Assembly: GCF_006345805.1 (NCBI RefSeq)
Contig: NC_042997.1
Span: 202,120,001-202,184,000, forward strand
DNA length: 64,000 bases
DNA from: Octopus sinensis
Lineage: Eukaryota
Direction: 5' to 3'
The translations under genes and the position numbers were made by a program. Below the pieces are notes generated by a model. That model did not search any database. It saw only the letters and a program-made list of their open reading frames with translations, and was not told the origin of the DNA. Shown here one piece after another: positions 40,080 through 52,473 of this stretch (position 1 is its first letter; each line of letters opens with the position of its first letter).

Positions 40080-41025
40080 GGAATTTTATCTTGAGCTTTA
40101 GTGGCAACAAGTCTCCTCAAATCTCAAGAATCTTTCATAGGATTCTTGCAGAATATAGGATGGCACTTTCCTGCAGGTTGACAATATGAATCTTAATTCC
40201 AGTATTTTCAGTCTTTTAGGTAACATTTTCAGCATTGTGCCAAATGCAAAGAATAATTGTTGTTTTAGTCTTCCACAGTTTCTTCCACTATCTGGCCAGA
40301 CCCTGACATTTCTCAGTTTTTACAATTTCTTTGATATCAATTCCATTATCCTATGGCATTGCAAAGTTTACGATCTTACACTGTTTCTGTATTTTGTCCT
40401 CTATAATCAACAGTATGGTCAGTCTTTATGGGGACATCCCATAAGATCTCGTAATTCCTATTCTCCCTCACAGCTTCTGATTCATGTTCATACTGCTTTC
40501 CTGTTATTTCAAAGCCATACACATCCCGATGCACTCTTTTACCTACACAGTCATTCCAGTGCTTTTACTCTTTTTGTGCTAGCTTTTTGCACTCACTCAA
40601 GAAATGATTGATAGTTCCGTTTCCTCTCCTACAGATTCTACATTTGCTGTGTGGGTTTCGTCTATCTTTGCCTTTATCGGATTCATCTTAATGGCTTTGT
40701 TCCTGGAAAGTTATAATTAGCACTTCAGTCTATTGTTTTAAGTTTCTGTCTGTCAGCCATAATCAACATTCTTTACTTCCAGCATCCTCAGTTTGTTGCA
40801 TAAATTGACTACATAATTCCATTTCTTTCCATCTGCTTGTTCTGTTGTTCTCCTTCACTCTGCATAATTTTTCAAACCCAATATCGCAGTACAAGACTGT
40901 GTCTTCTGCATTTAGTAATCCTCTGCCTGCTTCCTTTCTTGGTAGGTAGAGTCTGTCAGTATTACTTTTAGGATGGTGTGAATTGTGCATTGTGAGCAGC
41001 TTCCTAGATTTTCTATCCAATGTGA
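40080..41025 (-). mobile_element. Decayed R4/Dong(Rex6)-like RLE non-LTR retrotransposon, 3' part
   Basis: Minus-strand translation, with stops and frameshifts: LDRKSRKLLTMHNSHHPKSNTDRLYLPRKEAGRGLL; CCHC motif CRICRRGNGTINHFLSEC; QYEHESEAVRENRNYEILWDVPIKTDH; NLQESAILYSARIL*KILEI* (stop 40117-40119). Confidence 0.85.
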
Positions 41026-42853
41026 ATGTTATTGTTGTTGATAATAATAATAATAATAATAATAATATCAACAGCAACAAAGATAATAATGTTTTTCTGT
41101 GCATTTCTTCTTTCTGCTTTCATATCATTAAATTCACTTCATTTTACTTTGATTTCCATTAATTTTCCATTTCTTTGTTAGAATAAAATTTGGTAAATAA
41201 TTATTTGAATTTTATGCAGAGTTTATTATTGACATTAAATTGCTAATGAATAAAGATGTGGCATCCTCTATACTTAGGGAAATTAATGAAATATGCTTAC
41301 TAAATTATATTTTCCTTCAAAAGTATCTTATTCTCAACATTAAGAACGTTCACTCGCTATCAGGTTTTCATCTCCAAGAAAGTAATTAATACAATAAAGG
41401 ATATTGATCTGTGAATATAAGAAAGGTAAAAAAAAAAAAAGAAAAAAAGTCATTCTTAATTAATAATGAGAGATAATGTTTCATTTGAAAATTTGATGTT
41501 TTAATGAGGGAAAATAAGGAGGGGAAATTATTTTAGATTATCAACTAAGGATAATTAATATTAGATAAATGTGGTGCCTCATTCTGTTAGACAATTTGAA
41601 TTAAGAGCTTCTCTTTATCCAAGTTAACTACTCTTGTGCTGTCGTCACGGTGGCACATTTGTCTCTCCTCTTCTAATCACCACTGTTGTGCCGTCTTACA
41701 CTGATCAGTACATCCAATCCTTCTTCTCTAGAATATCATACCTTTGCAATTCCCACTATGTACAGATGTTTACCTCCTGCAGTCATCAATTTGCAGTCAT
41801 TCAAGAGGATTCCATCCCACTGGTCTCAAGGGCTCTGAAGGATATGGGGACAGGTCCTTTCTTCCAATCCAGTAAACAAAGAGAGGTGCTTAACCAAAAA
41901 CTAGAATTCTTATTGAGCTGTTAATTGCTTGAAAAACATTAATTATGGGAACATTATGAGAATTATTCACTAACTCTGCAGAATAATATACTTAACACTG
42001 TAGCACCCCAGAGTTATTGTGTAAAATATATAGAATGCTATATGGCGTTAGGAAGGGCATCCAGCCGTAGAAACACTGCCAGATTTGACTGGGCCTGATG
42101 AAGCCTTCTGGCTTCACAGACCCCAGTAGAACCGTCCAACCCATGCTAGCATGGAAAACGGACGCTAAACGATGATGATGATGATGATGATATGATGATA
42201 AACTATGTGTGTAACCACAAAAGAAGTAGACTTCAATATCTTGGGATATTTTTAACATATACAAGCATGGAACACTCACTTACAGTACTAAGATTTTTCC
42301 TGTAAACCATGAGTATGAAACCGTCTAATTTCCAATCAGTAATCAACATGCAATGACTGTGTCTTGAATTATTGATCAGAAATCAAGGAACTTCATATCT
42401 GTAGTTCACTGGGTAACTCCAGGTACTGTATGTGAGTGCTCCATATGTGTATAATGTACTAAAGAATGATGTATGACTACATATGTAACAATATTTAAGA
42501 AAACTTACATTTGGCACCAGCAAATGTGATTAATTTTTTCCTCAGAATTTCAAAGTTAATACTCTACAGTTTGCATGTGATTTCCAACAGCTTTAATTAT
42601 ATGTATTGTTCATTAAGAAACTAATCTGAGGAACCCGTGAATTTAAATTTTTATTTTTATTTCAAATTTAGTTGAAAGAAAATTAATTCCATGGCTTTTG
42701 CAATATTTCCTCAGATTAGTTTCTTAATGGACCATATTTAGAAACTACACCTACTGGCAATCACATGCAAAGTATTAAGCAATGAGTTTGTGATTCCTTC
42801 TTTTGAATCTACTAGGAAATCCTTATAGTTTTTCAGATAAAAATATGGACATT

Positions 42854-43272
42854 CCTATTTCTTTACTACCCACAAGGGGCTAAACACAGAGAGAACAAAC
42901 AAGGACTGACAAATGGATTAAGTCAATTATATTGACCCCATTGCTTAACTGGTACTTATTTAATCGACCCTGAAAGGATGGAAGGTAAAATCGACCTCGG
43001 CAGAATTTGAACTCAGACCATAACAGCAGACAAAATACCTATTTCTTTACTACCCACAAGGGGCTAAACACAGAGAGGACAAACAAGGACAGACAAACGG
43101 ATTAAGTCAATTATATCGACCCCAGTATGTAGCTGGTACTTATTTAATTGACCCCGAAAGGATGAAAGGCAAAGTCAACCTCGGCAGAATTTGAACTCAG
43201 AACGTAACGGCAGACAAAATACCTCTAAGCAATTCGCCCGGCGTGCTAACGTTTCTGCCAACTCACTACCTT
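42854..43272 (-). mobile_element. SINE-B head-to-tail dimer (184-bp period)
   Basis: CCTATTTCTTTACTACCCACAAGGGGCTAAACACAGAG starts at 42854 and 43038; only the 43038-43272 unit carries the head. Confidence 0.88.
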
Positions 43273-44896
43273 AATATTGACATTCCTACCTCCATTTTAA
43301 TGTCTCAAGAAAATTCTAAACCACGATACCAGTGGTCACTTCATCAAACACATGAAAACTGCAAATTATATAACACACCAATATCATTATATTTATTGAC
43401 AGTTTTTCTGCCGTCACTTCAGACTTCTATATGACGTCAATTCACTCTGGACTTTTCTTATATCTTTTCTTTTATTCTAGGTTCTTAGTTTTAATTCATC
43501 TTTTTCTTAATTTTTTTTTTTTGTTGTTGTTTTTGTTTTGGCCAAAATCTATTCAATGAATAGTTTTAAAATCTTATATTCATTATCACTGCTGTCATGT
43601 CACCAAACACTGGGTCTTTTCAATTTATTATCATTTTCTGCCACATTTCTGGCAGTACCATCTGTTAATCTTTCTGCAGGCCTTTCTAACTCAACATTTC
43701 ATAATGTAAAGACAGAATATTTTAATGCTAGTAAAACAAATAGAAGATACAGGTGCTGACATTATTTGTGTGGTTATGCAGTTTGCTTTAAAACCACATG
43801 GCTGAAGGTTCAATCCCATTTGATGGCACCTTGGGCAGGTGTCTCCTACCATAGCCTTGGGTCAACTAAAATCTTGTTAGTCAAATATTGGTAGACAGAA
43901 TTTATGGAAGGCCATCAAAGAGATTATTTTTGACATTGGTGATAGGCTTAATCCATTAACTGGTTTAACACCATTGCCTGGCACTTGGCTGCTTTTAATG
44001 GAATCCGTTCTGGTGTTAGTGTTACTTGAGTGTTTGTTGGTTGGTGTGTGGTGGTAACTGGTGGAGTTGATGAAAGAGTCATGTTTCTTGGGCTGCGTGA
44101 AGAAGCAACTGAACAACACCCGCAAACATTTAACAGAATATTTTATTATCACCCATAAAGTCAAAAGTACACCTTTTATAGACAGCAACATTAATAATTA
44201 CATACTAAGAGAGAAGGAAAAACTGCACCACATTCAATGAAAGTTACTTATGAGACATTGTGTGAATGTCCAGTTTGGTCTGTCCAAGAACCTGGAGATG
44301 TCGGGGCATATATTTGGAACTGTTTGATGTGGCAAGACATCCTTAGCAGTATTTCGTCTGTCTTTACATTCTGGGTTCAAATTCCGCCAAGGTTGACTTT
44401 GCCTTTCATTCGTTCAGGGTCGATAAACTAAGTACCAGTTGCATACTGAGGTCAATCTAATCGACTGCCCTGCTCTCCAAAATGTTTGGGCCTTGTGCCT
44501 AGAGTAGAAAAGAATATTCTACAGTTAATTACCACCAAAAGTGGTTTTTTTATAGGGCACTAGAAGAAGATTCTAGAAGATTGAATCATGTGGTAGCTTG
44601 ACACTGATTGGTTGCTTAATAGACTGACCATGTGGTTTTCTTGAGATGTCTGACCACGTATTCACAGATTCAGTTTTGAATCCTCCCTACACTCACATTC
44701 ACGTCAGGTGTCCAGTTTGAGGAGAACTTTCTCCACTCCCACACCCCACCCCCTGGCAATTTCAAAGACACTGAAAAGGTCATGGCACTTCTCTTACTAT
44801 TCTGACTCAGTTATTTTTAAAAATGGGAACTTTTATGTGTATGTTTGATCTGCTATAAATAGAAGTCAGATCTTCCTCAAATTAAAGGCTGTCATG

Positions 44897-45114
44897 TTAA
44901 CCCTCTCGTTCATATTTCTGTTGAAATACACAGCCTTACATTTCAATTAATTTTGAAAGTAATGAAGAGAGTTTAGTAAACTAATTTTGTCCTTATTTAG
45001 CTGTGGATTCAAACTTAGATTTACATAAAATCTTGATGAAAATTTTCAATTTAGATCACTTTAACTCAGGAAGCTTTGATCACAGAAGCAGGATCTTAAT
45101 ATTAAAAGAGTTAA
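44897..45114. mobile_element. Possible piggyBac-like MITE
   Basis: TTAA-CCCTCT ... AAAGAG-TTAA; the TIR is degenerate. Similar TTAACCCTTT ends occur at 48258 and (reverse) about 32355. Confidence 0.35.
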
Positions 45115-45949
45115 AAAAAAGAACATGTCAGGGTATAGTGTAAGCTGGGCTACAGTATTGTAGTGGGGCAATGGGGAGTCAAAAGTACTGGATGGTCATT
45201 GCTGGAATACATATGATCATAAAACCAACTGGATCAGGCCTGAACAGGGGCTAAAAATGGTAATTCTTTTTATCATCTTTTAAAGAGAGTTGATATTAAA
45301 TGTAAATGCATACTAAATCTATATTTCAATGTGAACAACATTTAGTGATGTAATTGTATCTCTGTAACTCTAGAGGAGTGCTGCTTTGTTTACAATAACA
45401 TATGTAAATATGTTTATATTTAAGCATCTGGCTTTGTGAAAGTAAGATGATAAGATATATGAAAGAGAAATATTGTTCATATCTTCAGCTCTGTAAATAT
45501 AACAAGCTGATAGAAGAATGACTGGAGACACACACACACCCAGGGACACCTGCTGCATGTATGGTTAAACAGGAGCTTGCATATTTAATATATGAGAGAA
45601 AGAAATAATAAAATCTTTGTTTAGATATGTCAGCTGAAGAAACACAAGGGTGACAAAAAGAAATTTAAATAAATGTAATAAAATTCAAACTAGAATGCTG
45701 TAGGGAATGCTTCTAATGTTGACAGTATGGTACCATTTTGGGACTTGTATCCTATATAAACTATATAACAGGTTGTGTTTCCTCTCTGTTGCTTTTATGA
45801 AACTTTCAAAGTGAAACTCTACATGCAAACTTTATGCAGTCTTTGGTTTGGATATGTTGTTGTGATGTTGAAGTTTTACAAATTTTCTAATGCCACTCAA
45901 AAATACAAAGTATTTACTTATTGTTAAATTGTCAAGTTTCTGCATAATC

Positions 45950-46099
45950 CCTTTCAGAATATTTGTTTATATATTCAACTTTGTTTTATATCATCATTCA
46001 TCATCATCATCATCATCATCGTCGTTTAACGTCCGTTGATGATGATGATGAATGATGATATAAAACAAAGTTGAATATATAAACAAATATTCTGAAAGG
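45950..46099. repeat. Perfect 63-bp inverted repeat with a 24-nt loop
   Basis: 45950-46012 is the exact reverse complement of 46037-46099. Confidence 0.95.
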
Positions 46100-46904
46100 A
46101 ACAATAGAATAATTGGTTACAGGTCACCAACAGAGCAGTCATTTGTTTGCTGAATCTATGATAGTGACAATGACAAGGGAATGTTTATGACACACTGCAG
46201 AACAAATATGGCAAGGAACTTTGTTTGAAAAGATATTAAGCATTTTCTTTTTGTGGTTTTCTTTTTTTCTTTTTTTATCTTCCACCAACATACAATTTCA
46301 GTTTGTAGTAATGGCATGACTAGAAAACTCTATTCTATGTGCTGCAATGGTTGTGTCTTTGAGCAGCAACATACATCGATCGGATAGGTCTCTCGATACA
46401 ACAACACACTAATCACTGACTGATTGAGAAGAATTTATGCAATTAATTTGATCTTCAAGTATCTCCAGGAACACGAGTTTGCATTTGCCGGCATGCCCAC
46501 AAATATGGTTCACTTTTTAGCGAGAGGGATTTGCTACTTGAATGAACCCGTATCATTTGCAGTCTCTGTTGTTACCAGCAAATATGGGAGTGCACTACTG
46601 TTGCACATGTTTCCTGATAAAGACTGAATTATATCGGTTGCACACCAATAATGCAAACGCATGCCTATGAATCTAAACTACTGAATTAATTGAATTAATT
46701 CGTTGCAGCCAATTAGCAATTAACTTGCTATATCAAGAGGCCTGGCTAATTAATGATAGCCTTGATTACACTTCTCTTGCTATGTTGCTTCACATGAAAC
46801 AAGGGATCTTTTTATGTATGCTATCAATGCAAAGAACATTTTCCCCTCTTATTAAGACCTAAACATGTTGACAATAATTTCCCAGGCATGCCAAGGAAAA
46901 TGAT

Positions 46905-47470
46905 AATCATCATCATCATCATTGTCTAATATCTGTTTTCCATGCTGGCATGGGTTGGACGGTTTGACTGAGGTCTGGAGAGCCAGCAGCTGCACGAGGC
47001 TCCGGTCTGATCTGGCAATGTTTCTACAGCTGGATGCCCTTCCTAACACCAACCACTCCGAGAGTGTAGTGGGTGCTTTTTACATGCCACCAGCACAGGA
47101 GCCATGCAGGCAGGCCTGGCATAGATCACTTTTGGATAGTGTTTTTTTGCATGCCACCAGCATGGAAGCCAGTCAGGCAGTCCTGGCATCAACCACATTT
47201 GGATAGTGCTTTTCATGTGTCACCAGCACAGGAGCCAGTCAGGGGGTACTGGCATTGGCTACATTTGGATTGTGCTTTTTACGTGCCACCGATATGGGAC
47301 CCAGTCAGGCAGATCTGGCATTGGCCACATTCAGATGGTGCTTTTTATGTGCCATTGGCACAGGAGCCAGTCAAGGAACATCTGCACTGACCACATTTGG
47401 ATGATGCATTTTACGTTCCACCAGAACAGGGGCTAGTCAGGGGGCACTGGCCACAACTACGATTTTGGTT
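46905..47470 (-). mobile_element. RTE-tail element with six diverged ~65-bp internal subrepeats
   Basis: Family tail at 46905-47072. GTGCTTTT-anchored units start near 47073, 47139, 47207, 47272, 47338 and 47403. Confidence 0.8.
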
Positions 47471-48480
47471 TTATTTAACTCAATAGGTCTTAAGTGTATC
47501 ATATTGCCTGATGCATCAAAGGTGCTCTTAAATGAGTCGGACATGCAACACTGGCTTCGGCCATGGCTGCGATCTCACTTTAGTTGCCAGGTCTTCTCAA
47601 TCACAGCATATCTCTAAAAATCATTTCAGGCAATGAGCTGATAGAATTGTTAACACAGAGAATAATGCTTAACAATATTTCTTCCAACTCTATGTTCTAG
47701 TTTCAAATGCTGCCGGATTCCACTTTGCCTTTCGTCTTTTTAGGGTCCATAAAATAAGTACCATTTGAGCACTAGGATCAATATAATCTGTGTATCCCCT
47801 CACTGAAATTGCTGGCCTTGTACCAAAATTTGAAATCAATACTAATAAATTATTTAATAAATTAAATACTAATGATTAATATCATTTATTTATAAGTACA
47901 TAATTCATTCTTTTAATTCTACTTAAATATATGAATATTAACTCACAACAAAAATTATGACCTACTCAAGATCTCAATGTAATAGCAATATCATAATTTT
48001 AACCTATAACCTTCTAACCTCACAAGTATATTCTCAGCATTCTTTCTTCTTTTCCTTTTTCTTTCAACTCTACCCCCTTTATCAGTCAGCTTTGCTTTTC
48101 TGGATCAATAAAAAAAAAATAATACATATCCAATGCACTCGACTAATGGAAACATCAGATCGTCAGACTGGATGCCAGGATTGTGTTTACCATGTGAAAT
48201 TGGTCTGTCCAGTTGTGTTACACCATTATGGTTAGTGGCTATTTAACAAAGGATTAATTTAACCCTTTTGATACCAACCTGGCTGAAACCAGCTCTGGCT
48301 CTGTAGTACAAATACAGTTCAGAGTGCATCCATCAGTCCAATGGAGGGTACTCTGAGCTTATTTGGATGTGTTAACATTTTATTTTTAAGCTAGAATTTT
48401 TTTCCATGAGAAACTGCAGTGAAAAATATATCTCAGATATATTAGAACTGGTCTTACTTTTCAATCACTTCTTCACGCAG

Positions 48481-48672
48481 TTACTTGTGAATGTTTTCGC
48501 CGGGCAGCCTCCACCAACTGTGGTTGATGGCATGGCAGCACAGCGAAGAGCAGTCCAGTTGGCAACAGCCACCAGGCTTGCAGCATCAGCCACAGTCGCA
48601 TCCACGCTAACACAGATGGGCATGCTTGACGACATCGCACTGGTGTTTTGAATGAGACAAGGTTGTCCTGAG
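48481..48672. other. GC-rich non-repeat island, candidate exon of unknown strand
   Basis: Clearly GC-richer than its flanks, with a strong + strand acceptor (tcttacttttcaatcacttcttcacgcag). Open frames exist on both strands. Confidence 0.3.
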
Positions 48673-49289
48673 ACCTGTTGAATATCTTTTTTTCATGTTA
48701 GAAGAGTGTTTGGGGTGAGGAGTTTTCATTGTATGTCATGTAGATAATGGATGTAAGAGGCAGTTTAAGGAGGAGTGTTTTTTTTTTATCCTTCTTACTT
48801 AGAAAGGGAAATACAGAAGCCATGGCTCTTTATTTTCAGTTTCCAAGAAATGGTGGGGATAGAGGAGAAGATAATCCTCAAACTGGGGACCCAGCCTGAA
48901 TAATTTAAGTCAGTGAACTCTACTAAAGGTACTCAAAGACCAAGTATGTGGTGGTGTTAAACAAAAAGATGAATGAAGTTCCCACCACCTTGGGTGGTGG
49001 TATTAAACCCCAAAAAATGGATTAAAGTCTATTCCCCAACCCCAAGAACTCAGATTACAAAGAAAGGCAACACAAACTGCAAGGTCTCTTGTATGAATTC
49101 CTAATAATTCCACTGACTTACTTTCCTTGGTGTTACCTTATTTTATTGACAAATGTAGCCCCAAATGAAGGAAAGGCAACGTTGACCCTGGCAGGATTTG
49201 AACTCAGCATACAGAAAGCTGGAATGACTACCATGAGGTATTTCTTCTATGCTCTAATGATTCAGCTAATTTGATGCTTTGGTGGTTTT

Positions 49290-49700
49290 ATCTGAATCGT
49301 GTTGTTAGAAGATGATTAATGTGCAGAAGGAATTGTTCAGTATAAGTGTACTGATGAGTATTATACAGAGAAAAGAGACTGGAGATAATTAAAGAATGAT
49401 TTAATTATGATCATCTTAGTCACTTTGAGATGGTGGAAGTGAGGGTGGTTGGTCAGTAACTTGGCAGAGTCAGCCAGATAGCCAGATTCTTTCATTTTTC
49501 TTTTCTGTCTCTGGTAGTGTGGATGAAATACAGTTGTAAGTTTTCCATAAATTTGGACAGATTCCTACTTGGATAGAGAAAGGGTGAAGAATTTTGGTAA
49601 CTATAGGTGCTGTCTCAAGGACCGTCAGTGTGGGGGTAATAGTGGGAGCAATGTTGGAATCAGTGGTATTCCTGGGTTAGGATAACAGGGTTGAAGATAA
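49290..49700 (-). mobile_element. Decayed CR1/L2-group RT N-terminal fragment
   Basis: Minus strand: LTVLETAPIVTKILHPFSIQVGICPNLWKT, then PSY*PTTLTSTISK (resembling PSNYRPISLTSxISK) and THQY, in the usual RT domain 0-2 order. Confidence 0.7.
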
Positions 49701-50070
49701 AGTCAAGTAAATGCTTATTTTAAAACAATTGCAGAAACAGCGAAGGAAAAATATTTCCAACTGATGTAAGCATTCATTAAAAACAATGTGTTCATGTATG
49801 TGCATATATGTGTGTATATGTGCTTGCACACATGCATGTTTGTATCCGTAAATGAGGTAATTTCTACACTTCTCCTCTGGAAGCCATCTGCTCGTGATAC
49901 CAGAGGGTGCACACTCTCCTACCCTGATGTAATCTCCAGGGATACAGGCATCCAGCAACAGGACCTCCGTGTTACTATGATGGACTGTGAAATCTGGTGT
50001 GGCATAGTGAATTCCATTGTCTCGACCACGATCGAACAATGATGATGATGATTGTATCCGTGTTTGTGTA

Positions 50071-50329
50071 GCTATATCTATATACATGTGTTTGTATACA
50101 TTTTTTCATGTGTATATAAATGCACTTTTCATGTGTATATAAATGCTATATCTATATACATGTGTTTGTATACATTTTTTCATGTGTATATAAATGCACT
50201 TTTCATGTGTATATAAATGCTATATCTATATACATGTGTATATAAATGCACTTTTCATGTGTATATAAATGCTATATCTATATACATGTGTTTGTATACA
50301 TTTTTTCATGTGTATATAAATGCACTTTT
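50071..50329. repeat. 74-bp AT-rich minisatellite, about 3.5 copies
   Basis: GCTATATCTATATACATGTG starts at 50071, 50145, 50219 (shortened to 52 bp) and 50271. Confidence 0.9.
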
Positions 50330-51619
50330 GTATGCATATGTGCACACATATGCATACATGTGTCTATGCATATGTTTGTATACATATGCAAACTTGTATG
50401 TCTGTGTATGTGTGAGTACCAATGTTTTGTATACATATGCTTGACTATCTGTATGCTTATATATTTGAACTTATATAAATTTATTATACTATATGCATAC
50501 AAGTGTTTTTGTTTGCACGTGTGTTTATATAGTTGTGTGTATATATTTGTGTGTTGTTTCTGTGTTTCTATCAAACTTTAACAACACATTATTGATCGCA
50601 CAATCTAGGATTGTATTGTGTATCTGTATTGGAATATTAGTTTCTAAATCTATTCTTTACTGACTGAGAATAATAAAACTTATTCGCTTACACATAAAAG
50701 AACTTCTCAGAAAGTAGGATTAACTTTTGAAGTGAAACTTAATAAGAGAATAATTTGTGCAACACTACCCATCCATCCCCCCCATCTAACTTCCATCTTT
50801 CAGATTTGATGTCAGTGAACTAACCTTTTATTGACAATAATTTATGATTTTACAGTGAAAACATTAAGAAAAAAATCATTGAATAATTTTTTCAATTTTT
50901 ATTTTTTGTGGGGCTTGGTCTGAAGGAAAGGGTTATATTTTGGCCTTCACAAGCCCTCCTTAATTAAAATTCCTCTTAAATGATATTCACTACAACAAAT
51001 GCTAATTGGAATTGCCAGTTTTGAACTAACAAAGCCTAATATGACATGTCATCAGTATTTAATGTCCATATTCCATGCTGGTAGGGGTTATATGGTTTGA
51101 CAGGATCTGAGCGACTTGTAGCAGGAATATTTAGCAATGAAACCCAGATCACAATATCTGATGCCAATATAACTGACTCAAGAATACAATCACAATTTGT
51201 TAAAATATTACCAATGTCATGAAAAGATCTGACCATTACTTCATGCGGAATCAGATCTAACAACAATTTCATCTTTGCTGCACTTTTTCTGAGCACAACC
51301 AACACTATATATTCAGCACATTTTGGCTGCTAGTGACAGACAGTGGATGACAGACCTCATACTGGACTCAGAAGATGGCAGACAGTAACAGAATTTGCAG
51401 CTGGCCAGAGTGCTGTCTCAGCACAAAACAATGGACAAATGGTTAACAACAACACAATGATCAGCTAACATCAAGGAACCTACAACAGTGAATACTATCA
51501 TTCCTAGTCCAAGAATGATAAGCTCTGAACTGTCTTGGTGTTTGTTATTGCTTGCAATAAAAATAGATACATGTTTGTTAAAAATCTCAAACAGATTACA
51601 GTGTTCTTTATCATAACAT

Positions 51620-52090
51620 TTCATCATCATCATCATCCTTTAACATCCGCTTTCCATGTTGGCATGGGTTAGACAGTTTGCCTGAGGACTGGCAAGCCGG
51701 GTGGCTGCACCAGGCTCCAGTCTGTTCTGGCAAAGTTTCTACAGCTGGATGCACTTCTTAATGCCAACCACTGTACAGAATGTACTGGGTGCTTTTTATG
51801 TGCCACTGGCATGGGTATCTATCAGGTGGCACTTGCATTGACCATGCTTGAATAGTGCTTTTTACATGCCACTGGCTCAGGAGCCAGTCATATATCACTA
51901 GCATCGACCATGCTTGAATGGTGCTTTTTATGTGTCACCACCACAGGAGCCAGTCAGGGGGCACTGGCATCAATCACACTCAAATGGTGCTTTATACATT
52001 CCACTGGCACGAGTGCCAATCAGGCAACACTGGCATCGGTTATGCTTGAATGGTGCATTTTACGTGCCACCAGCATCATGCTCTGTTATC
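51620..52090 (-). mobile_element. RTE-tail element with about five ~66-bp subrepeats
   Basis: (CAT)n CTTTAACATCCGCTTTCCATG tail, then repeated GTGCTTTTTA..TGCCAC..GC...ATGCTTGAAT units. Confidence 0.78.
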
Positions 52091-52473
52091 TACTTTAGCA
52101 TGGTTTCTACTGCTGGATGCCCTTACCAATGCCAGCCACTTTACAGTGTGTATTGGGTGCCATCAACAATACTGAGGTCACTACATGACTTGCAAGGCTG
52201 TGAGTACCAAGGAGAGGGGGAACTTTTCACGAGGAGAATAAGTAGAGATGGAGTAAAGCAGAGAAAAGGGTTGGAGTAGAACAGGTCTCTTGCTGTAGAG
52301 GAACTACATGGCTCCTCACATTTTAGAAGGGAGGTGGAGCTTGAAAGTAGTATAACTGGTGATGAAGTGTGAGAAGGAACCTTCCAGTTTCATACAAAAA
52401 TTAATTTGGATAAAGTGATTGGGAAAGATAAGTAAATGATACAGTTCTATATTTAAGAGATGAGGAATTTTGT

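Noticed and set aside
41630-41900. Higher-complexity island; minus strand LMTAGGKHLYIVGIAK vaguely resembles a Gypsy protease flap
   Set aside because: No catalytic D(T/S)G motif in frame and no other LTR features; left unassigned.
48490-48610. Metallothionein-like Cys-rich reading on the minus strand (GCDCG*CCKPGGCC)
   Set aside because: It contains TAG and TGA stops and arises from TGC/GCT-rich composition; I saw no SECIS element.
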